DNA from: Kofleriaceae bacterium
GTDB taxonomy: Bacteria > Myxococcota_A > Polyangia > Haliangiales > Haliangiaceae
NCBI GenBank assembly: GCA_046597055.1
Contig: JBKJLC010000111.1
Coordinates: forward strand, 1-29,960
Reading direction: 5' to 3'
DNA length: 29,960 nucleotides
A model generated the notes under the pieces. It saw only the letters and a list, made by a program, of their open reading frames with translations. It was not told the origin of the DNA and ran no database searches. A program made the position numbers and the translations under genes. Below, one piece after another: positions 11,911 to 21,380 of the stretch (position 1 is the first letter of the stretch; every line of letters begins with the position of its first letter).

Positions 11911-12680
11911 CGATGCGCGACCGCGTGATCAATCTGTGTCTGCCGCTGGTCGGCTTCGCCGGGATGCTCGCCCTGTGGTGGCTGACCAGCGCGGTGTGGG
12001 TCGACGACCTGCCGTCGCCGTTCGAGACCTGGACCGCGAGCAAGCCCTTCATCCTCGAGCCGTTCGCCAAGCGTGGCGAGATGGACCAGGGCATCCTGCG
12101 GTTCACCGGCTACTCGCTGGCCCGGGTCGCCAAGGGCTTCGCGCTCGCGCTCGCGATCGGCACGCCGCTCGGGTTCCTGCTCGGGATGTCGCCGCGCTTC
12201 ACCGCCGCGTTCGACCCCGTCATCCAGGTGCTGCGCCCGGTGTCGCCGCTGGCGTGGCTGCCGCTCGGCCTGGTGCTGTTCGACAAGCCGGCGCCGGCCG
12301 CGACCTTCACGATCGCCATGTGCTCGATGTGGCCGACGGTCCTGAACACCGCGTTCGGCGTCCGCTCGATCCCGGCCGACTATCTCAACGTCGCCCGGGT
12401 CCTCAACCTGTCGCGCTGGCAGACCATCCGGCACGTCATGGTGCCGGCCGCGCTGCCCTACATGTTCACCGGCTTCCGCCTCAGCCTCGGCCTGGCCTGG
12501 CTGGTGATCGTCGCCGCCGAGATGCTCACCGGCGCGCCCGGTATCGGCGGCTTCCTCTGGCAGGAATACAACGCGCTCATCTACGAGCACATCCTGCTGT
12601 GCATCCTCACGATCGGGCTGGTCGGCTTCGCGCTGGATCGCCTGATGATCGCCGTCGAGCGACGGCTGAAGGTAGGTTGA
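11907..12680 (+). CDS. Nitrate/cyanate-type ABC transporter permease (NrtB-like)
   Basis: DPVIQVLRPVSPLAWLP, WPTVLNT, FTGFRLSLGLAWLVIVAAEML; ATGA overlap with the upstream gene. Confidence 0.92.
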   Translation: MTMRDRVINLCLPLVGFAGMLALWWLTSAVWVDDLPSPFETWTASKPFILEPFAKRGEMDQGILRFTGYSLARVAKGFALALAIGTPLGFLLGMSPRFTAAFDPVIQVLRPVSPLAWLPLGLVLFDKPAPAATFTIAMCSMWPTVLNTAFGVRSIPADYLNVARVLNLSRWQTIRHVMVPAALPYMFTGFRLSLGLAWLVIVAAEMLTGAPGIGGFLWQEYNALIYEHILLCILTIGLVGFALDRLMIAVERRLKVG

Positions 12681-12682
12681 CC

Positions 12683-13471
12683 ATGGCATTCCTCGAGCTC
12701 GAAGGCGTGTGCAAGGGCTACGGCCCCGACCCGCGCGCGGTGCTGCGCGACGTCGATCTCCACATCGAGCGCGGCGAGCTGGTCGCGGTGGTCGGGCGCT
12801 CGGGCGCCGGCAAGACCACGCTGCTCTCGATCGTCGCCGGGCTGATCGCGCCGTGTCGCGGCGCGGTGCGCGCCGGCGGCAGCGTGGTGACGCGGCCCGG
12901 TCCCGACCGCGCGGTGGTGTTCCAGAGCTACGCGCTCTTGCCGTGGCGAACCGTGCACGAGAACGTCCAGCTGGCGGTCGACGCGGTCCATCCCGACTGG
13001 TCGCCGGCGCGGCGCCGCGATCACGCCGAGCAGTACATCGCGCTGGTCAACCTCACGCCGGCCCGCGAGAAGCGGCCCCACGAGCTGTCGGGCGGCATGC
13101 GCCAGCGGGTCGCGGTGGCGCGCGCGCTGGCGATGGAGCCGATGGTGCTGCTCATGGACGAGCCGCTGGCGGCGCTCGACGCGCTGACCCGGGCCACCTT
13201 GCAAGAGGAGATCGAGGCGATCTGGCAGCGCGATCGCCGGACCGCGCTGCTGGTCACCAACGACGTCGACGAGGCGCTGCGGCTCGCCGATCGGATCGTC
13301 CCGCTCGAGCGCGGCCCGGGCCCGTCGCTGAGCGAGCCGATCGCGGTCGAGCTGCCCCGGCCCCGGACGCGGCAGATGCTGGCCCGTGATCCGCGCGCGA
13401 TCGCCCTGCGCGCCGAGGTGGTGGCACGCCTGCGCGGCGAGCCCGGCGCGCCGCTCGAGGTCGCGGCGTGA
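12683..13471 (+). CDS. ABC transporter ATP-binding protein (NrtC/D-like)
   Basis: Walker A GRSGAGKT, LSGGMRQR, LLMDEP, switch VTND. Confidence 0.92.
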   Translation: MAFLELEGVCKGYGPDPRAVLRDVDLHIERGELVAVVGRSGAGKTTLLSIVAGLIAPCRGAVRAGGSVVTRPGPDRAVVFQSYALLPWRTVHENVQLAVDAVHPDWSPARRRDHAEQYIALVNLTPAREKRPHELSGGMRQRVAVARALAMEPMVLLMDEPLAALDALTRATLQEEIEAIWQRDRRTALLVTNDVDEALRLADRIVPLERGPGPSLSEPIAVELPRPRTRQMLARDPRAIALRAEVVARLRGEPGAPLEVAA

Positions 13472-14229
13472 ACCCCGGCAGGACCCTCGACCTCACCGGC
13501 CTCGGCAAGACCTACCGCACCAGGCGCGGCCCGGCGGTCGTGGTCGACGACGTCTCGCTCCACGTCGCCGACGGCGAGCTGGTGAGCCTGATCGGCCACT
13601 CCGGCTGCGGCAAGTCGACCGTGCTGTCGATGATCGCCGGCCTGGTGGTGCCGACCACCGGCGAGATCCGGGTCGGCGGGCAGCGCGTGCGCGGCCCCGG
13701 GCCCGACCGTGGCATGGTGTTCCAGACGCCGTGCCTGTTGCCGTGGCTCGACGTGCTGGGCAACGTCCAGCTCGGCGTCTCCCAGGTCGTCCGCGGCGCC
13801 GCCGCCCAGCGGGCCCGCGCCGAGCAAGCGCTGACCGCGGTCGGCCTCGGCGACGCGCTCGCGGCCCGGCCCGCCTCGCTGTCGACCGGGATGCGGCAGC
13901 GGGCGGCGCTGGCCCGCGCGCTGGCGCTGGCGCCGCGCATGCTCCTGCTCGACGAGCCGTTCGGCATGCTCGACTCGGTGACCCGGGCCGAGCTGCAGGA
14001 CATGGTGCTCGCGCTCGGCGAGGCGCGCCCGACCACGGTCCTGGTCACCCACGATCTCGACGAAGCGCTGCTGCTGTCGGATCGGATCGCGGTCATGACC
14101 GACGGGCCAGCCGCGCGGATCCGCTGCGTGCTCGAGGTTCCGTTCGGGCGCGTGCGCCGCCGCGAGGACGTGCTGGTCCACCCCGGGTACGACCCGCTGC
14201 GGGAACGGCTGCTCGGCCTGCTCGTCTAG
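13468..14229 (+). CDS. ABC transporter ATP-binding protein (NrtD-like)
   Basis: GHSGCGKST, LSTGMRQR, LLLDEPFGMLD and VTHD; GTGA overlap. Confidence 0.92.
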   Translation: MNPGRTLDLTGLGKTYRTRRGPAVVVDDVSLHVADGELVSLIGHSGCGKSTVLSMIAGLVVPTTGEIRVGGQRVRGPGPDRGMVFQTPCLLPWLDVLGNVQLGVSQVVRGAAAQRARAEQALTAVGLGDALAARPASLSTGMRQRAALARALALAPRMLLLDEPFGMLDSVTRAELQDMVLALGEARPTTVLVTHDLDEALLLSDRIAVMTDGPAARIRCVLEVPFGRVRRREDVLVHPGYDPLRERLLGLLV

Positions 14230-14244
14230 CGTACGCTCGGGCGC

Positions 14245-14751
14245 ATGAACCTGTACGACGCGACCGTTCCGGTCTTCACCAAGTTCCTGACCAACGTCGA
14301 CCGGTGGCTCGACAAGGCGGTCGCCTACGCCGACCAGCGCAAGTTCGACCCCGAGCTCCTCGTGGTCGCCCGCCTCGCGCCCGATCAGTACCCGCTCGTC
14401 GGCCAGATCCAGAGCGCCTGCGACCAGACCAAGTACACGGTCGCCAAGCTGACCGGCAAGGAAGCCCCATCGGTGCCCGACACCGAGAAGACCCTCGCCG
14501 AGCTGCGGGCCCGGCTGGCGCTCGCGTGCGCGTACATGGCGACCTTCACCCGCGAGGACTTCGTGGGCGCGGAGGACCGGCCGTGCACGTACACGTGGCT
14601 GCACGGCAAGCACATGCGTGGCGGTGACTTCCTCGACCACATGGCGCTACCCAACCTGCACTTCCACCTCACGACCGCGTACCAGATCCTCCGGCACAAC
14701 GGCGTGCCCCTCGGCAAGCAAGACTTCATCGGCGAGCTGCCGCTGCGCTGA
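14245..14751 (+). CDS. DUF1993 family protein (DinB-like fold)
   Basis: ARLAPDQYPLVGQIQSACD and LPNLHFHLTTAYQILRHNGVPLGKQDF. Confidence 0.9.
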   Translation: MNLYDATVPVFTKFLTNVDRWLDKAVAYADQRKFDPELLVVARLAPDQYPLVGQIQSACDQTKYTVAKLTGKEAPSVPDTEKTLAELRARLALACAYMATFTREDFVGAEDRPCTYTWLHGKHMRGGDFLDHMALPNLHFHLTTAYQILRHNGVPLGKQDFIGELPLR

Positions 14752-14844
14752 CGGCCGACCGCCGCGACCGCCGCGGCTGAAGCCGATCCGGAGCGTGAGT
14801 TGCGGCGAGACGCACGGTGTGTCGGCCGAGCGCGTCGCAGAACC

Positions 14845-14869
14845 GCGAGGCGACTCGCCAACGCCTCGC
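14845..14869. terminator. Hairpin between convergent genes
   Basis: GCGAGGCG-N9-CGCCTCGC, with no U-tract. Confidence 0.3.
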
Positions 14870-14955
14870 AAGCGTTCGACGAGGCCAGGGCCCGTGGGTT
14901 GCACAGGCGCCAGGGGCAAGGCGCTCATGGCAACCCACGCTCACCAAGGACTTCG

Positions 14956-15399
14956 TCAGCTCGCCAGCGAGCGCGAGACGATCCGTCGACGTGGCGTCGG
15001 CGCCTCGCCGACGATCGCGCGCAAGGTCGACAGCGCCGCGGGCTTGAGCAGGTGCAGGTCCATGCCTGCCTGGTACGACCGCCAACGATCCTCGGGCTGT
15101 CCCCACCCGGTCAGCGCCACGATCAGGATGGGCCTGCCCTCCGCCGCGCGCCGGAGCGCGACCGCCACGTCGTGGCCCGTCAGATCGGGCAATCCGATAT
15201 CGAGGAAGATCACGTGCGGCTGGAACTGCGCCGCCACGGCGATCGCGCTGGCGCCATCCTTCGCCCACCGCGCCTCGTGACCGAGCGCGACCATGATGTC
15301 GCAGACGCACTCGCCGATGTCGGGATTGTCATCGACCACCAGGACCCGCTTCGGCATCACCGGCGTCGTGTCTTTGGGTACGGCTTCTTCAGGTCTCAT
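14956..15399 (-). CDS. Single-domain response regulator (receiver)
   Basis: VLVVDDN, FLDIGLP (phospho-Asp), ALTGWG and HLLKP. Confidence 0.9.
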   Translation of the reverse strand: MRPEEAVPKDTTPVMPKRVLVVDDNPDIGECVCDIMVALGHEARWAKDGASAIAVAAQFQPHVIFLDIGLPDLTGHDVAVALRRAAEGRPILIVALTGWGQPEDRWRSYQAGMDLHLLKPAALSTLRAIVGEAPTPRRRIVSRSLAS

Positions 15400-15402
15400 G
15401 AC

Positions 15403-17085
15403 TCAGCTCCCCCCCTCCGCTAGCGGAAATTCGACGACGAACAGGCTGCCCAGGCCGGCTCCCTCGCTCTCGGCCCGGACGGTTCCCCCATGCAACTCGA
15501 CCAGCCGGCGCACCAGGTTGAGCCCGATGCCGAGGCCGTCGCGCGATCGCCCGAGGGCGTCGCTGCGCTGGACGAAGATCTCGAACAGGTGCGGCATCAG
15601 GTCGGGCGTGATGCCGACCCCGGTATCGCGCACGTTGACCGCGACCGTCCGCCGGGCCGGATCCAGGCTGGTGGACAGCGTGATCGCGCCGCCCGGCGGC
15701 GTGTACTTGCCGGCGTTGTTGAGCAGGTTGACCAGGATCTGCGTCAGGCGGGTGACGTCGCCGTCAATGACCGCGCTCGGGTCTGGTCGCTCGACGGTGA
15801 GCTGGTGCCGACGCCGCTCGAGCAGCGGGTGGGTCGCCTCGACCGCCGCCTCGACCACGTCGGCGAGCGCGATCGGCCGCCGCGCGAGCTTGATCTTGTT
15901 CTGGCTGATCCGCGACAGGTCGAGCAGGTCGTCGACCAGCTGGGTCAGCTGGTCGACCTGGCGCTCCATGATGGCCCGGGCCCGGGCCACCCGTTCGGGG
16001 TCGTCGCCGGCGAGCTTCTGCAGATCGAGCGCTGACCGCAGCGGCGTCAGCGGGTTGCGCAGCTCGTGGGAGAGCGTGGCCAGGAACTCGTCCTTGCGGC
16101 GGTCGGCGTCGAGCAGGCGGCGCACCGCCAGCGTGCTGTCGGTGATGTCAAAGCCCACCGACACCACGCCCGCGGTCCCGCAAGCCTCGATGATCGGCTC
16201 GAAGTGAAAGTCGAACACCCGGGGCTGCCCGTCGAGGGTCAGCTCGATCTCGGCGCGCTGGCCGCGGCCGCTGGTCACGACCTCGTGCTGGCTGGTCGCC
16301 AGCTGGTCGCCGCTCGCGTCCGGGAAGGCCTCGGGGTTGCCATGACCGAGGAAGTCGATCGGCGCGCCCAGCAGGTGGCCCCACGTGTAGCGCAGGTCGA
16401 GGCCCTGGTGGAGAACGATCAGGGGCGCCGCGCCGACCGCCAATCGAAACCGCGCCTCGCTGGTGTGCACCGCGGACTCGCCCCCGCGCCGCGCGTCCTC
16501 GGCCCGCTTGATCTCGGTGATGTCGACGAAGGTGAGGACCACGCCCTCGACCCGGTCATCCACCGCGCGGTAGGGCAGCAGCCGGGCCAGGAACCGTCGG
16601 CCGTCGTCGGCGCGGACCTCGCGCTCGACCGTGCGCAGGTCGGCGAGCACGCCGAGCGCCAGCTGCGGGAGGACCAGGCAGTCGAGGCGGTGGGCAAGCT
16701 GATCGAGCGGCCGACCGAGATCGGAGGGGCCCAGGTCGATCAGCTCCTGCGCGCGTGGCGTGAAGCGCGTGATGTGCAGATCGCGATCGAGCAACACGAC
16801 GCCGATGTCGGTCGACGTGATCAGGTTCTCGAGCTCGCGGTTGGCCCGGCTGACCTGGTCGCGCTCCCTTCTGAGCCTGGTGAGCTCCTGGTTCACCGAG
16901 CGCAGCGCCTGCGTGTGGGCCTCGAGAACGGTGGGCTCGGGCTGCGCGCCGACCGAAGCGACGATCGCGAGCCCGCTCGTGGGCCTCAAACGGACGATCA
17001 AACGCTCCAGCGCATCGCTGTCCGAGTCGTCCGCTATCACGAGACGGCCGGCGTCCCCGGGCACGGAAGAGGGTTCGGTATCCAT
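15403..17085 (-). CDS. Cytoplasmic PAS-domain sensor histidine kinase
   Basis: NLITSTDIGVVLLDRDLHITRFTP (PAS), FLATLSHELRNPL (H-box), NLLNNAGKYT, DTGVGI and GLGIGL. Confidence 0.9.
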   Translation of the reverse strand: MDTEPSSVPGDAGRLVIADDSDSDALERLIVRLRPTSGLAIVASVGAQPEPTVLEAHTQALRSVNQELTRLRRERDQVSRANRELENLITSTDIGVVLLDRDLHITRFTPRAQELIDLGPSDLGRPLDQLAHRLDCLVLPQLALGVLADLRTVEREVRADDGRRFLARLLPYRAVDDRVEGVVLTFVDITEIKRAEDARRGGESAVHTSEARFRLAVGAAPLIVLHQGLDLRYTWGHLLGAPIDFLGHGNPEAFPDASGDQLATSQHEVVTSGRGQRAEIELTLDGQPRVFDFHFEPIIEACGTAGVVSVGFDITDSTLAVRRLLDADRRKDEFLATLSHELRNPLTPLRSALDLQKLAGDDPERVARARAIMERQVDQLTQLVDDLLDLSRISQNKIKLARRPIALADVVEAAVEATHPLLERRRHQLTVERPDPSAVIDGDVTRLTQILVNLLNNAGKYTPPGGAITLSTSLDPARRTVAVNVRDTGVGITPDLMPHLFEIFVQRSDALGRSRDGLGIGLNLVRRLVELHGGTVRAESEGAGLGSLFVVEFPLAEGGS

Positions 17086-17367
17086 GAGGTGTCGATTCGT
17101 CTGAACCGTCTTTCAAGGAACCATGGATAGGCAGGGTCCGGCAAGCCAGGCTCATCGAGCCGCCCGGTGAATCGTCGGTGCTGCAGAAAAAACCGTCGGA
17201 CGGCGCTGCCGTCAGCTCGCTCGACGCTGACCCGGTGAGGGAGCCGACGTCTCAGGCGGTGGGCGAGGCGCGGGGGCGCGATTTTCGGCGTCGAGATTCG
17301 CGTCAAACTTGCCGCTCCCGGCAACTCTGATCTGAGGCGCGGGGGCGATGCCACGATCGGCGGCCCC

Positions 17368-19611
17368 TCAGAGCGGCGCGACGTCGACCGGGACCCCGTT
17401 GAGCGCTGCATTGCCCGAGGGCAGGTCGATCCGCTCGTCGTCGGACAGGAGGTTGACGTTCACCCCCGCCCGGCGGCGGGCGACGTCCATCCGCACGCCC
17501 GGCAGGTCATGGCCGTAGCCGTGCGGCAGCGAGATCACCCCGGGCATGACCTCGTCGGTGATCTCGACCGGTGCGATCACCTCGCCGACGCGACTGCGGA
17601 CGCGCGCGCGGCTCCCGTCGGCCAGCCCGAGCCGGGCGGCGTCGTCGGGATGGACCCGCAGCGTGCAGCGATCGGGTCCCTTGATGAGCGGCACGAGGTT
17701 GTGCATCCAGGAGTTGTTGCTGCGCAGCTCGCGGCGGTTGATCAGCACCAGCGCCGGCGCGGGCCGCGCGAACGCCGCCTCCAGGCGCGGTAGGTCACCG
17801 ACGATCGCGGGGGGCACCAGGTCGATCCGGCCCCCGGGCGTGCGCAGCACCTCGGGCAGGCGCGGCGCGAGCGGCCCGAGATCGAGCCCGTGCGCGTGCG
17901 CGCGCAGGCGTTCGAGCGTCAGGCCCTCGGGCCGCGCGCCGAAGTGGTCGCCGTACGGGCCCAGGCGCAGGAACAGATCGATCAACCGCTCGGGCCCGCC
18001 CAGCGGTCGCAGCGCGGCGAGCACCGCGTCGGCCCCGCCGGCCCCGGCGTTCGCGGCCAGGCCGGAACCGGGGCGCAGATCGGCCGGCAGCTCGGCGAGC
18101 TCGCGCGCGATCGCCTCGCGGGTCACCGCGTCGTCGGCCATGGTCAACGACGCCGCGGCCATGCCGGTGAGCCCCTTGGCCAGGGTCAGCACGATCTCCC
18201 ACTCGGCCGGGTGTCCGTCGGGGCGGGGCAGGGCCGGCGGCGACCAGCGTGCGATGTTGCGGATCGCGAGCTGGTAGAGCGCGACATCGTAGGCCGGGCG
18301 CTCGAGCGGCGACGGCGGCGGCAGGATCACGTCGGCGAGCCGGGTGGTCTCGTTGACGTAGGGGTCGATCGCGATCCGGACCTCGAGGTCGGCGAAGGCG
18401 GTGGCCAGCCGGCCGGCCCCGGGCGCCGACAGCAGCGGGTTGCCGGCGACGGTGACGATGGCGCGGACCCGGCCGTCCCCGGGCGTGAGGATCTCGTCGG
18501 CGAGGGTCGCCACCGGGAGCTCGCCGAACACCTCGGGCAGCTTGCGGACCCGCGACGCGTAGCGCGGGGCGCGGGCGCTCGCCTGGCGGCGGTAGCGACC
18601 GGGCGCGACGGCCGGGTTGGTGAACATCGTGCCGCCGACTCGGTCGAGGTTGCCCGTCACGATGTTCACCAGCTGGAGTGCCCAGCTCGCCAGCGTGCCG
18701 AACTCCTGACAGGTGGTCCCGACCCGCCCGTAGCAGACCGCCGACGGCGCCGCCGCGTGGTCGCGGGCCAGCCGGCGGATGGTCTCGGCCGCCACCCCGG
18801 TGAGGCCGGCGACGCGCTCGGGCGTCCAGGGCGCGACGATGGCGCGCACGGCCGCTTCGCCGTCGACCAGGGCGGCGGCGGCGCCGAGCGTGGTCAGGCC
18901 CTCGGCGAACAGGACCTGCAGCATCGCCAGCAGCAGGTACGCGTCGGTGCCGGGCCGGATGAAGATGTGCTCGTCGGCGCGCGCCGCGGTCTCGGTGCGG
19001 CGCGGATCGACCACGATGACGGTGCCGCCGCGCTGCCGGATCGCGTCGAGCCGCCCGCGCACGTCGGGCGCGGTCATCAGGCTGCCGTTCGAGACCAGCG
19101 GGTTGCCGCCGAAGATCACCAGCCGCGCGGTCCGGTCGAGGTCGGGCACCGGGATGGTCAGGCCGCCGCCGTACATCGCCGCCGCGACCACCTGGGTCGG
19201 CATCTGATCGAGCGTGCTGGCCGAGTAGCGCTGGCGGGTGCCGAGCGCGCGCACCAGCGCCGGCAGGTACAGCAGCAGATCGACGCTGTGGGCCGAGGGG
19301 TTGCCGAGGTAGACCGCGACCGCATCCTTGCCGTGCCGGGTGCGCACGCCGTCGAGCAACTCGATCGCGGTCGCGAACGCCTCGGCCCACGACACCGCGA
19401 CCAGCGCGCCGTGCTTGCGGACCATCGGTGCGCGCAGCCGGTCGGGGTCGTCGTGGAACGCGCCCAGCCCGTGCGCCTTGGGGCAGATGTACCCGCGTGA
19501 GAACGGGTCGGCAGCGTCGCCGCGGATGCTGGCGATCCGCGGCCCGTCGAGCTCGATGGTCAGGCCGCAGGTCGCCTCGCACAGCGTGCAGGTCCGATAC
19601 ACGGTCGTCAT
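17368..19611 (-). CDS. Molybdopterin (Mo/W-bisPGD, DMSO reductase family) oxidoreductase with an N-terminal 4Fe-4S motif
   Basis: CTLCEATC..GYICPK, GGNPLVSNGS, VVDPRRTETA..AD, SNNSWMHN and a C-terminal VHPDDAARLGL molybdopterin dinucleotide-binding domain; no Tat signal. Confidence 0.9.
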   Translation of the reverse strand: MTTVYRTCTLCEATCGLTIELDGPRIASIRGDAADPFSRGYICPKAHGLGAFHDDPDRLRAPMVRKHGALVAVSWAEAFATAIELLDGVRTRHGKDAVAVYLGNPSAHSVDLLLYLPALVRALGTRQRYSASTLDQMPTQVVAAAMYGGGLTIPVPDLDRTARLVIFGGNPLVSNGSLMTAPDVRGRLDAIRQRGGTVIVVDPRRTETAARADEHIFIRPGTDAYLLLAMLQVLFAEGLTTLGAAAALVDGEAAVRAIVAPWTPERVAGLTGVAAETIRRLARDHAAAPSAVCYGRVGTTCQEFGTLASWALQLVNIVTGNLDRVGGTMFTNPAVAPGRYRRQASARAPRYASRVRKLPEVFGELPVATLADEILTPGDGRVRAIVTVAGNPLLSAPGAGRLATAFADLEVRIAIDPYVNETTRLADVILPPPSPLERPAYDVALYQLAIRNIARWSPPALPRPDGHPAEWEIVLTLAKGLTGMAAASLTMADDAVTREAIARELAELPADLRPGSGLAANAGAGGADAVLAALRPLGGPERLIDLFLRLGPYGDHFGARPEGLTLERLRAHAHGLDLGPLAPRLPEVLRTPGGRIDLVPPAIVGDLPRLEAAFARPAPALVLINRRELRSNNSWMHNLVPLIKGPDRCTLRVHPDDAARLGLADGSRARVRSRVGEVIAPVEITDEVMPGVISLPHGYGHDLPGVRMDVARRRAGVNVNLLSDDERIDLPSGNAALNGVPVDVAPL

Positions 19612-19661
19612 GGCGCGCAGTGTACGCGCTCGGGCCCGATCGCGGCGGACCCCGGCCGGGG

Positions 19662-20639
19662 TCAGGCGCGCTCGATGTTGACCGGCAGCGTGACGGTGAA
19701 CGTCGAGCCACGGCCGACCTCGCTGTCGACGATGACGGCGCCACCCATCGCCTCGCACAGCTCGCGCGCGATCCACAGGCCGAGTCCCATCCCGCCCGAG
19801 CCTCGCGACAGCCGCACGCAGCGCTCGAAGATCCGGCCGTGGTCCGCGGGCGCGATGCCGATCCCGCGATCGCGAACGCTGATGCGGGCCAGATCACCGG
19901 TCCGGGCCGTCGTGACCACCACCGGTTGCATCTCGCCAAACTGCACCGCGTTCGACAACAGGTTGGCAATCACCTGCATCAACCGATCGCGGTCCCAGCG
20001 CCCGGGGAGGGCCTCGACGCCCGTCACCGTGACCTCGATGAGGCCGCTGGCTTGCTGGCGCGCCTCGGCGACTGCCTGGCGGGCCAGCTCGACCAGATCG
20101 AGGCCCTCGGGAGCCAGCGAGGCATGGCCGGTCTGCAGGCGGGTCACGTCCAGTAGCCGATTGAGGCGTGCCAGGAAGTCTTCGAGGCGTCGGGAGATGG
20201 TCTCCACCCGCGGCCGGAGCCAGGCGATCGGCAGGGTCTCCACGTCGCGGCGCCGGACCTCCTCGGACAGCCGGCTCGCCATGAGCAGCACCGGGGCCAG
20301 CGGTTGCCGGAGGTCATGGGCGACGATCGCGAGACACTCCTCGCGCTCGCGCAGGTCGCGCTCGAGCGTGCGGATCTGCTGGCGCAGGGCCTCCTCGGAG
20401 GCGATCGGCTCGTCGGCCATCCTCGGGCCGCGGCCCCGCCGCCGCTTGAGCTCGGGATCGCGGCCGATCAGCGCCGCCTCGGCGTCGGCCAGGGCGTCGA
20501 CCACCGGCCCGAGGATGTCGGCGTCGAGCGGATTGTCGCGCGCCAGCGTCAGCAGGCGGTAGCGCGTCCGCCGCAACATCGGCCAGATCGCGTGCCGTGC
20601 CGACGCCAGGACGACTGCAGGGCGTCTCAAGCTCGTCAT
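19662..20639 (-). CDS. Histidine kinase without a recognisable sensor domain
   Basis: IVAHDLRQPL, NLLSNAVQF, DRGIGI and GMGLGL; start uncertain (20639 or 20420). Confidence 0.85.
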   Translation of the reverse strand: MTSLRRPAVVLASARHAIWPMLRRTRYRLLTLARDNPLDADILGPVVDALADAEAALIGRDPELKRRRGRGPRMADEPIASEEALRQQIRTLERDLREREECLAIVAHDLRQPLAPVLLMASRLSEEVRRRDVETLPIAWLRPRVETISRRLEDFLARLNRLLDVTRLQTGHASLAPEGLDLVELARQAVAEARQQASGLIEVTVTGVEALPGRWDRDRLMQVIANLLSNAVQFGEMQPVVVTTARTGDLARISVRDRGIGIAPADHGRIFERCVRLSRGSGGMGLGLWIARELCEAMGGAVIVDSEVGRGSTFTVTLPVNIERA

Positions 20640-21380
20640 GTAGAACCTTCCCACCCGATCGTGGTCGCCGAGGCGACCAGTCCACTACCTACCTACCGCC
20701 ATCTGTCTAACAAAGTGCCTTCGCGTCTGCAACTTTGTTCTTGCCTGTCCGTGCGCGGCAGGCGTGCCGCGCTCGCGGCGGACACGCCGCGCACGCGTCT
20801 CGAGATCCAGAGGGTCGCGCCGGGCGACCTCGCCGCGATGCTGCGCTACGCGTGAGCGGCGCGAGCCGAAAATGGTGAAGAGGCGGTTTCACCCGCCTCC
20901 TCTCGTGACTCGATGCATTTTTGTATCGGTTATCCCTTCGATTCCTGTGCGTGCTCTGACTCGACAGAACCTGCCATCGTGCGCGTAGGCTGCACCTGCG
21001 CGTAGCGCGTTGGGACACGACCCATCACGTGATCCCGACCGAGGTCTGGGGATCTGTTGTGGCTGCGCTCGGATGGCACCTCTGGCTGGCTCCTTGACTT
21101 GCGTCGTGGCAAGCCACCCACCTGCTATCTGCTCGTCGAGAACCTCCTGCCTGGAAACGTGGCGAGAGTTTCAATCGTCCGTCGAATACAAAGCTACGCC
21201 CGGCTCACGCCTCTGGCAACCACAAACTGACATTGATCGAAGGTGAATTGTCACGCTCCTCGCGACGCGCTGCGCTGCCGCGCCGCGGCGCGGGTGGCGA
21301 TGCGCGGGATCATTCACGCTCCCGCGCGATCGATGGTCGGACGGCTGGCGTGCGGCGGCGCGCGTCATATTCTCCGCCCC

